A DNA stretch of 64,000 nt from a bacterium (lineage in GTDB: Bacteria > Electryoneota > Electryoneia > Electryoneales > Electryoneaceae): positions 192,001 through 256,000 of the forward strand of contig CAXXKJ010000001.1 in assembly GCA_963675295.2 (NCBI GenBank), written 5' to 3'. Below the pieces are notes generated by a model, which saw nothing but the letters and a program-made list of their open reading frames with translations, made no database searches and was not told the origin of the DNA. Below are positions 50,350-58,400 of this stretch, piece by piece (the first letter of the stretch is position 1; each line of letters begins with the position of its first letter). The translations under genes were made by a program, and so were the position numbers.

Positions 50350-50524
50350 GGCTGGAAGGTACGACATCAAGGCGCAGGGAGCGAAGTGGAAACGGACGCA
50401 TTGTGATCAGTCTCAGGGAGAATGGAAAAAATCTACGAAATCCGCTGCAGAACTAACTTTCAACGATATTTCGCCCTATCTTTCACGATGTTGTGATCAT
50501 GTGATCAACCCGGGGGACCGTCAC

Positions 50525-52669
50525 ATGCGCCGCCTGATCCTTCTTCTCGCCGTTTTGCTGCCCGTTATCGCCATCGCCCAACCGACATGGGAACATAGAG
50601 TCATCGGAGGTGATCTATCTTGGCCGGTTGATGTAACCGCAGCAGATTTTGACGGCGATGGTGATTACGATATCGTTTCAAGCGGCAATCGTTTGGTAGT
50701 GTGGGAGAATTCCGGTAACGGTCAATTTTGGATTGAACACGAAATCTCCGGCAATTATGCTTCAGCAAGGATAGATGCGGGAGACATGAATGGAGACGGT
50801 GCACCTGATATTGTTACTTCAAATAATACTGATGATGTTATCCAATGGTGGGAAAATACGAATAACTCTTTTGATTTTACATTGCATGGTATATCTAATA
50901 ATCCTATAGGATATGATTTTGAGTTAGATGATTTTGATATGGACGGCGATATAGATCTTATTACAAGTGGTTATTCTGAAGATAGAAGAGTTAAATGGTG
51001 GGAAAATTTAAATGAACCGGGACTACATTTGATAATGCATGCTATTTCAAGTGGTAGTGATAATATAAACGACTTTACTATTGGTGATATGGATAATGAT
51101 GGTGATAAAGATATTATTGTTACATCGTATAACGGAGATTATCCACCGACCGGCTATCTTCGTTGGTTCAGAAATACAGATGGTCATGGAACGCTATGGA
51201 ATGAAGTATCGATCGTCGAGGATTATCCTGCTTATTCTTGTATAGCCGGTGATTTTGATCGAGATGGCTTTATAGATATAGTTTCAGGCGTGGATCCCGG
51301 TATTCCATATGTTGATATACTTACTTATTGGAGAAATATTAATGGTAATGGTCTTAATATGGTAGAAATTGTGATAGACGATTTTATATATTATTCATCG
51401 GTACACTACATGGATGCTGCAGATATCGATGGAGATCTGGATATTGATCTTGTTGCGACTCAGTATGGTATGGAAAATCATATAGTTTATTATGAGAATG
51501 TGGATGGTTTTGGCAATGACTGGGGCGAACAGGTCATCGAAGAAATTGAGTGTAGACAGCCGATAGCCGTTGATCTTGACTTGGACGGCGATCTTGATAT
51601 TGTTGCAGGCGAACAAGATTCTGATGATCCCTACAACGACGAAGTGCATCTCTGGGAACACCAGAATTCCCAGATAACAGAGATTCAGGTTCTGGCACCC
51701 AATGGGGGAGAGATCTGGCGGACCGATACGCCGCATAACATCTACTGGAACTCAACCCGGCCTGAAGATGTCCGAATTGAATTGTTCTACGATAATCAGT
51801 TGGTTGAGACGATCACGGAATCCACGGAAAACGATGGCGTCTGCAATTGGCTGATCCCTGAAAACCTGTTGACCGGGGATCTGTACTCGATTCGCCTGCA
51901 GATCGTCGGATCACCCGAACAGGACTTCAGCGACGAACCGTTCTCGATCACATCACTCCCATCGTTAACCATCGAGCCGTTCCAGCCGTCCACGATCATC
52001 CCCGCTGCCGGTGGCGGCTACTGGTACTGGGTCCAGATTGTCAATCCATCCCCATTTCCCGTAAGCGGACAACTCTGGGCACAGTTGGTTCTGCCGAACG
52101 GGAACACGTATGGACCGATAGCGAATGAAGTTATTTCCATCGACCCCAACAGCACCTACCAGCCAAGCTCACCACACGGACAATTTGTCCCGGGCTACGC
52201 TCCGCCGGGGATCTACCAGCATGTGATGGCGATCGGCATACGTCCCAACCTGGTCATCGACACCGACAGCTTCACCTTCGAAAAACTGGCTGGAACGAGC
52301 GGCCCGACCCGTCCAGAATCACAATGGTCCGTTTCTGACTGGGCAATGAACGGCACGCCGCCGGTTTCAACTGACGACCCGCAGCAAACCGGGCAGGCGA
52401 TCCCCACCGAGTTCGCGCTGTTGCAGCCCCATCCAAACCCGTTCAATCCGACGACCAGCTTCACGGTGCAGCTGCCGGAGACGGCGAACCTGCAGGTGAC
52501 CGTGCACGACATCACCGGCCGCCTTGTCGCGACGCTGGCGAATGGTTCGGTCAGCGCCGGGGCGCACACATTAACGTTTGACGGGAGTGGGTTGGCGTCG
52601 GGCGTGTACTTCCTGCACGCATTGACTGCAGATCAGCACCAGAGCCGCAAACTGCTGCTGCTGAAATAA
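50525..52669 (+). CDS. FG-GAP repeat protein with PNGGE-type (Kre9/KNH-like) Ig domain, shared Ig-like domain and CTD
   Basis: Signal MRRLILLLAVLLPVIAIA; DFDGDGDYD-type repeats; VLAPNGGEIW...DFSDEPFSI; CTD. Confidence 0.88.
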   Translation: MRRLILLLAVLLPVIAIAQPTWEHRVIGGDLSWPVDVTAADFDGDGDYDIVSSGNRLVVWENSGNGQFWIEHEISGNYASARIDAGDMNGDGAPDIVTSNNTDDVIQWWENTNNSFDFTLHGISNNPIGYDFELDDFDMDGDIDLITSGYSEDRRVKWWENLNEPGLHLIMHAISSGSDNINDFTIGDMDNDGDKDIIVTSYNGDYPPTGYLRWFRNTDGHGTLWNEVSIVEDYPAYSCIAGDFDRDGFIDIVSGVDPGIPYVDILTYWRNINGNGLNMVEIVIDDFIYYSSVHYMDAADIDGDLDIDLVATQYGMENHIVYYENVDGFGNDWGEQVIEEIECRQPIAVDLDLDGDLDIVAGEQDSDDPYNDEVHLWEHQNSQITEIQVLAPNGGEIWRTDTPHNIYWNSTRPEDVRIELFYDNQLVETITESTENDGVCNWLIPENLLTGDLYSIRLQIVGSPEQDFSDEPFSITSLPSLTIEPFQPSTIIPAAGGGYWYWVQIVNPSPFPVSGQLWAQLVLPNGNTYGPIANEVISIDPNSTYQPSSPHGQFVPGYAPPGIYQHVMAIGIRPNLVIDTDSFTFEKLAGTSGPTRPESQWSVSDWAMNGTPPVSTDDPQQTGQAIPTEFALLQPHPNPFNPTTSFTVQLPETANLQVTVHDITGRLVATLANGSVSAGAHTLTFDGSGLASGVYFLHALTADQHQSRKLLLLK

Positions 52670-52795
52670 TCCAGGCGGCTCCGCTACCTCAATCCAGCCG
52701 TCAGTTCTGGAGGCAGAATCATGTTTTTTCAAAGAACAGTTCCTATTTTGCTTGCACGATCTCAACTTCAGTCAATCAAATCAGGAGGATGTATC

Positions 52796-54595
52796 ATGTT
52801 CAGACTGATGATTGTCCTGCTCTTCGCAGCCCTGCCTTTCGCGACACAAGCCCAGTTCTGGGTTAAACATACAATCCACCAGTTTCCGTACGATCTCAAC
52901 TGGCACATCGCGGTGGGTGATTTCAACAGCGACGGATACCCTGATTTCGTAACTGCTTCGCACGAAACCGGTAGTGTCCGCTGGTGGGAAAACACCGGAG
53001 CTGGTACAGGAGCGATCCAGCATGCTGTCGGAGATGTTGATCCTATTGCCCGTGTTGTTCAAGCTGCCGATATCGACAACGACGGCGACGACGATATCCT
53101 TGTACCCGACTACCAAGATCAATGCATCTGGTGGGAGAATGACGATGGAACCGGCCAGACATGGACCGAGCACGCCATTCTGCAGGGACAATTCTGGGCA
53201 ACGAACAACACGGAGCTCGTGGACATGGATCAGGACGGCGACATCGATATCCGCGGAGTCCGGTATTTCGCCTCAGGAATGGCTTGGTGGGAAAACGCGG
53301 GAGACGGACTAACCTGGGAGGAGCACCCGATCACCGAAAATGGCAGTGGGAGTCCACGGCAATTCGTGGCTGATTTTGACAGTGATGGTGATCTGGATCT
53401 GTTTGGAGTGCATCCCGTCGGTTGCACTGTTACCTGGTACGAGAACCTGGACGGGAACGGACTGGTTTGGAATGATCCCGTTGAATTGCTGTACGAACCG
53501 TATCTCGTTGACGCCGCCATGGGGGACCTGGACAATGACGGCGACGTTGATCTCGTTACTGTCGATTACATTCTCAGCGAAAACACTGAACTCAAAGTGT
53601 GGGAAAACGATGGCGAACAGAACCTGACAGAACACATTCAGGGCGTGAACCTTCCCTATCCCTTCTGCGTCGACCTGATCGATCTGGACGTGGACGGCGA
53701 TCTCGATTTTGTGTTCATCTACCGGCAAGGCGGAGTGTACTGGTGGGAAAATCGCGGCGATTTGACTTTCGTTGAACGCGGTCCGATCGCGCCCGGAGTG
53801 ATGCCCAATTACGACTGCTACGCCTTTGCCGACTTCGATCAGGACGGTCGCCCCGACTATCTCGCCGCGAACCGAACCCGCCACACCCTCGTCTGGTACC
53901 AGCAGATGGAACAGCCAGGTATGTTGACTCTGACCCGTACTTCCGAACCGGTTGTCCCGGCGAACGGCGGAACCGTCATCTATGACGGTGCCTGCGAGTC
54001 CTATCAGCTGTATGGCTACCCCGATATCACCTTCTGGACCAGCATTCTGCAGCCGGATGGTACCACCATCGAACCAGCCTACTCGCAAACCTTTAACCTG
54101 CCGCCGTTCTTCACCACAACCGTTACCGGTATGACCCAGGATATCCCGTCCGACGCACCCGCCGGCGACTACTCGCTGACCGGACACATCGGGTACTACC
54201 CGGAATCCTTCGTCGCCAGCAGTATCACCTTCAGCAAGTCGGCGACCGGCTTGTCAGGACCAGCTCAATACGGCTGGCATACTGGCGGCGACTTCTTCCC
54301 GGTTGATCAGGATGGCAGCTCACCAGTGCCCGAATCGTTCACCGTGAGCGCCGCCTGTCCCAACCCGTTCAACCCGACGACCAGTTTCACGGTGCAGCTG
54401 CCCGCAGACGCCAACCTGAACGTCACCTTGCATGACATCACCGGTCGTCTTGTCGCGACACTCGCGAACGAAACCCGCTCCGCCGGAGAGCACACGTTCA
54501 CGTTTGATGGCCAGGGCCTGGCGTCGGGTGTGTACTTCGTCCGCGCGAACAGCGGTGCCCAGTCCGCGACGCGAAAACTGGTGTTGATGAAATGA
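52796..54595 (+). CDS. FG-GAP repeat protein with Ig-like domain and CTD
   Basis: GGAGG RBS; signal peptide; seven DxDxDG repeats; CTD ending ATRKLVLMK. Confidence 0.88.
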   Translation: MFRLMIVLLFAALPFATQAQFWVKHTIHQFPYDLNWHIAVGDFNSDGYPDFVTASHETGSVRWWENTGAGTGAIQHAVGDVDPIARVVQAADIDNDGDDDILVPDYQDQCIWWENDDGTGQTWTEHAILQGQFWATNNTELVDMDQDGDIDIRGVRYFASGMAWWENAGDGLTWEEHPITENGSGSPRQFVADFDSDGDLDLFGVHPVGCTVTWYENLDGNGLVWNDPVELLYEPYLVDAAMGDLDNDGDVDLVTVDYILSENTELKVWENDGEQNLTEHIQGVNLPYPFCVDLIDLDVDGDLDFVFIYRQGGVYWWENRGDLTFVERGPIAPGVMPNYDCYAFADFDQDGRPDYLAANRTRHTLVWYQQMEQPGMLTLTRTSEPVVPANGGTVIYDGACESYQLYGYPDITFWTSILQPDGTTIEPAYSQTFNLPPFFTTTVTGMTQDIPSDAPAGDYSLTGHIGYYPESFVASSITFSKSATGLSGPAQYGWHTGGDFFPVDQDGSSPVPESFTVSAACPNPFNPTTSFTVQLPADANLNVTLHDITGRLVATLANETRSAGEHTFTFDGQGLASGVYFVRANSGAQSATRKLVLMK

Positions 54596-54599
54596 GGAT

Positions 54600-54836
54600 A
54601 GTCCTGAGTCTTGAGTCCTGAGTCCTGAGGAAAAGACCACGACAAAGATCAGAAATACCGGGGACACTTACTCCGCTAAGTGTCCCCGGATTGCCTGATT
54701 CAAAGAGCAACACGGCCGCGTCTGACGAGCAGACACGGCCACAATCTTTTATTCACCCAGATACTCATCCACTATTTACCGTTTACCGATTACCGTTTAA
54801 TGGTTACCGGCTACCGACCACCGAGTAACGGCTACG
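54600..54836 (+). repeat. Composite non-coding module: heptamer array, GGGGACAC hairpin, second hairpin, ttaccg-type heptamer array
   Basis: (agtcctg)x4; cggggacacttactccgctaagtgtccccg; ggccgcgtctg..cagacacggcc; degenerate ttaccg array; duplicated at 56851-57079. Confidence 0.8.
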
Positions 54837-55004
54837 TCTCGCCCGCTCCAGGTAAACCGAAAAATTCCAAGTGCCTACAAATCGTGGCGTTTCTCTCATA
54901 ATTCCACAAATTCGTGTCCCCGATCACATTTCTGAAGTTAGGTTATCCTATCTTTGCCGCACATGGATAAACAATCACGTACACGATGGGTGAAGGAGAG
55001 CAGG

Positions 55005-56843
55005 ATGAGGAAGATAGGATTGGGGCTGGCGATGCTGGCTCTACTGGTCAGTTCGGTGATGGCGCAGCCGGAGTTGCTGTGGACAGCAGACATTTCGGTG
55101 CAGGGCGAGGATGATTTTACGGCGTACAGCGTGATAGAAACATCCGACGGCGGGTTCCTGTTAGCCGGGTATGGCTACGAAGGAGCGCAGGTGGTGAAAA
55201 CGGACGGCTTCGGCAACATCCAGTGGGATCTCAGCTACGGCGATGGCAACGGATTTGAATATTTCTTTGATGTGGTTGAAGCCGCGGACGGGTTCTTCTA
55301 CACCTCGGGCCAGTTTTTCAATGGTGGTCTGTCCCTCTACCTCGATCTGATTGCGAAGATCAATCCCAACGGCAGCTTCGAATTTGTACAGGTCATCGAC
55401 AACGCTGGCCGGCAGAACGCGGAATGCATCGAGGTCGACGCCGATGGCTTCATCTGGGTTGGCGGTTACTGGTCGGCGGATGGCTTCGAAGAGTACGGCA
55501 GCCTGATCAAGTTGGACACGAACCTCAACCAGCTCGGCTTCCACATTATCACCAGCTGCGAACGGATCACCGACATCAAGCTGATGGACGATCAGATCAT
55601 TGCTGTTGGCTATGAGAACACCTTCGACATCGAGATCCACCCCTGGATGGGCGCGGTCAGCTATGATGGCGTCGCTCTCTGGGACACGTGGGGCACGTTG
55701 GACGCTATCGACGGTGGTTTCAGCACGGTCGCGATCAGCCCGGATCAGACCACGGCGACCGCGTCCGGCCATGATTTCAGCATGGACCAGATCCCAGTCG
55801 TCCAGTTCAACACTGACGGAAGTGGGCAGGTGTACAGCCAGTTCATGGATTTCAGTCCCAGTGCCGATGCCGCACGTAAAATTATTGCTGGAAACGGGGC
55901 CAGCGAGACCTACTACATCCTGGTGCAGGGAACCCAAAGTGGTGGTGGCGGCGCAGCGGTCAGCCACATGGTGAAAATTGACGATCAGGGCCAGACCATC
56001 TGGGAGGCTGAATTTGGCGGCCAGGTGTACGAGTACCCCTCGTCCATGGTGCTGCTTGGTGAGGACGATCTCGTCTACTCCGGTGTCTATTCCACAAACA
56101 GTTTCCTCAAGCACGTCGCTCCGTTGACCGGTTTCGATGTCACCCTGACGCCGAACAATGAGCCGGTCCAGATCGGCCCGAACGGCGGCTACATCAACAT
56201 GCACGGCTCGATCAGCAACCTCGGCAGCGAGTACCTCGCGATGGATGTCTGGGTTGTCGTCGAACACCTGTTGATTCAGGCCGTCACCACGCAAACCTTC
56301 AGCAACGTCCCGTTCAACGGCGGCCAGACCCGTCAGGCAAACCTCTCTCAGGGCATTCCGCCATGGGCGCCCTCGGGCGACTACCTGATGCATCTCAAGA
56401 TCGGCCACCTCCCGAACGATGTCCTCGGTGAAGCGTCGTTCCCGTTCACCAAGACCGGACCGAAACCGAACGGTGGCCTCAGCGCGTTCACCAACCCGGA
56501 CGCGTGGCCGGTGATCGGCTCATTCGATCACGCTGCCGCGATCTTTACCGCCGATGCGAATCAGCAGACCGCGCAGCTGTCCGAATTCACGCTCGGCGCG
56601 GCCTACCCGAATCCGTTCAATCCGACCACCAGCTTCAGCGTGCAGCTGCCGGAATCCGCGAACCTGCAGGTGACCGTGCATGACATCACCGGCCGGTTGG
56701 TCGCGACACTGGCGAATGGTTCGGTCAACGCCGGCGCGCACACGTTCACGTTTGACGGATCGGGTCTGGCGTCGGGCGTGTACTTCGTTCACGCGGCAAG
56801 CGGTGCCCAGGCGGCGACGCAGAAGCTGGTGTTGATGAAGTAG
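55005..56843 (+). CDS. Secreted beta-propeller-like protein with Ig-like domain and CTD
   Basis: Signal MRKIGLGLAMLALLVSSVMA; AYSVIETSDGGFLLAG / VKTDGFGNIQW blade motifs; CTD. Confidence 0.82.
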   Translation: MRKIGLGLAMLALLVSSVMAQPELLWTADISVQGEDDFTAYSVIETSDGGFLLAGYGYEGAQVVKTDGFGNIQWDLSYGDGNGFEYFFDVVEAADGFFYTSGQFFNGGLSLYLDLIAKINPNGSFEFVQVIDNAGRQNAECIEVDADGFIWVGGYWSADGFEEYGSLIKLDTNLNQLGFHIITSCERITDIKLMDDQIIAVGYENTFDIEIHPWMGAVSYDGVALWDTWGTLDAIDGGFSTVAISPDQTTATASGHDFSMDQIPVVQFNTDGSGQVYSQFMDFSPSADAARKIIAGNGASETYYILVQGTQSGGGGAAVSHMVKIDDQGQTIWEAEFGGQVYEYPSSMVLLGEDDLVYSGVYSTNSFLKHVAPLTGFDVTLTPNNEPVQIGPNGGYINMHGSISNLGSEYLAMDVWVVVEHLLIQAVTTQTFSNVPFNGGQTRQANLSQGIPPWAPSGDYLMHLKIGHLPNDVLGEASFPFTKTGPKPNGGLSAFTNPDAWPVIGSFDHAAAIFTADANQQTAQLSEFTLGAAYPNPFNPTTSFSVQLPESANLQVTVHDITGRLVATLANGSVNAGAHTFTFDGSGLASGVYFVHAASGAQAATQKLVLMK

Positions 56844-56850
56844 GAGACCC

Positions 56851-57079
56851 AGTTATCAGTTGTCAGTTCTCAGTTGTCAGTAAACCAATCCGGGGACACT
56901 TACTCCGCTAAGTGTCCCCGATTTGTGTTGATCTGAGAGCAACACGGCCGCGTCCGTGAACAGACACGACCACAAGAGGAAACCCGCGTTGGCAAGCCAG
57001 CACGGGCAAGATAGGTGTAGCTTCGATTACCGATTACCGATTACCGATTACCGATTACCGATTACCGATTACCGACTAC
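56851..57079 (+). repeat. Second copy of the composite module, with 7 perfect CGATTAC repeats
   Basis: (agttgtc-like)x4; 30-bp hairpin at 56891-56920 identical to 54659-54688; agagcaacacggccgcgtc; (cgattac)7 at 57024-57072. Confidence 0.85.
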
Positions 57080-57930
57080 CGCCTCACCTGCAGCACCGGT
57101 TCACGGAACAGGCTGAAGCGCAGCCACTTGTACCCGAAGTCGAGCAGCACCGCGTCGCTGGTACGCATCTTCCGGACCGTCTTATCATCCAGCGCGATCC
57201 GTTGCAGCAGCGAGCTTTCGAACACGAACCGCCTGAAACGCTCGCTATCGAAGCAGACCATGTAGAACATCTCCATCTGCTCCGGCGTCAAGTCGTTCTC
57301 ACGCAAATACGGATGCAACGTGATCGCCTTGTACTTCTCGCCCTCTTCGTCCCAGCGCGCGACATTCTGGTCGTCCATCCACTGCCGGACCGTCCATTCG
57401 CTGGTTTCATCCCAACCGTGGCAGACATCCTCATTCATCAGGAAGTAGAACGGTTCGTCGTTCGAGCCTTCCTCCGGGCTCGCTTTACCGACAGGGAACA
57501 TGCGGCACGCCCACGGCCGGTCCTGGTAGACGGTGCAACCCTTCTCCGGATCGACGAAGTGGCAGCGTTTGTGTTCATCCTCGGTCATCTTCAGCATGAT
57601 CACCGGGTACTTCTGCTTCTCATGCACCGGCATCACCGTGTACTTCGCGAGGAATTCTGCGCTGGTGATCTTGAGCCGGTTCTTGACACGGATGACATCG
57701 TACGGCGTGAGGAAAATGTTGACGTCGCTGCAGCAGTCGTTGAAACACGGCACGCCTGGATGGCAGCCGAAATGGAAGCTGCTGTCCAACCCGAGGCGCT
57801 CGTGATCCTGCAGCACCTTTTCCTTCAGGTTGGCGAAATGCTTCGCTGACGTGGCTTCCGCATCGCCGGGTGCGTTGGCGGAGACGGTATCGTTTCCAGA
57901 CGAATCGGGGGGCTTGTTGTATTTGATCAC
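57076..57930 (-). CDS. YkgJ family cysteine-cluster protein
   Basis: FHFGCHPGVPCFNDCC, LTPYD, CHFV..GCTVYQDRPWACRMFP; GTGA overlap with upstream gene. Confidence 0.85.
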   Translation of the reverse strand: MIKYNKPPDSSGNDTVSANAPGDAEATSAKHFANLKEKVLQDHERLGLDSSFHFGCHPGVPCFNDCCSDVNIFLTPYDVIRVKNRLKITSAEFLAKYTVMPVHEKQKYPVIMLKMTEDEHKRCHFVDPEKGCTVYQDRPWACRMFPVGKASPEEGSNDEPFYFLMNEDVCHGWDETSEWTVRQWMDDQNVARWDEEGEKYKAITLHPYLRENDLTPEQMEMFYMVCFDSERFRRFVFESSLLQRIALDDKTVRKMRTSDAVLLDFGYKWLRFSLFREPVLQVRR

Positions 57931-58235
57931 GACTCGTCCTCCACAATCAGGTCACGCATCGCCGTCGGAGACCACACCGGCAACGGGCCGGTTTCGCCGG
58001 TGAACGGGTCCTGCTTGTAGCGGTACGAGGTCTTTGACGCGTACTGCGCTTCCATCCGTTCCCAGCCGCGCACATAGTAACCGCACTCATCGTTGAAGCA
58101 GACATAAATCCACGGCGAATCGAAGGCCGCCATCGGCGGAACCAGCATCTTTTTCATCGGCTCCCCGCAGTGAGTACAAACCGGCGGTGGATCGTGCATC
58201 TCGTAAGGATCAAGGGGTATCGACGATTCGGCCAT
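57927..58235 (-). CDS. Small zinc-ribbon protein
   Basis: CTHCG ... YVCFNDECGYYVRGW ... SYRY. Confidence 0.75.
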   Translation of the reverse strand: MAESSIPLDPYEMHDPPPVCTHCGEPMKKMLVPPMAAFDSPWIYVCFNDECGYYVRGWERMEAQYASKTSYRYKQDPFTGETGPLPVWSPTAMRDLIVEDES

Positions 58236-58400
58236 AATGGGTATCCAAAGTTGACACAGCAACAAAATGGCGCGGCATCAGCCCGCGCCAGGACAATGAA
58301 GTCCAGCCTTTGTGAAAACTACGAACAAGGAACCACAGGCCAAAGAGTAAGGGGAGGATAACAGGGAACAGGTGTCGTGACCGGGTGAAAGGGAATACGG

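Noticed and set aside
50138-50524. Long N-terminal extensions in the ORF track (also 27272..27577 and 28943..29068)
   Set aside because: They overlap neighbouring genes or REPs; downstream starts fit better, with RBS and/or signal peptide.
108-56843. Diversity-generating retroelement explaining near-identical 3' gene ends
   Set aside because: No reverse transcriptase in the window, no non-coding template repeat seen, and the differences inspected are largely synonymous rather than adenine-specific.
56956-57849. ORF with DYRLPIT repeats
   Set aside because: Read-through of the (CGATTAC)n array, antisense to the YkgJ gene.
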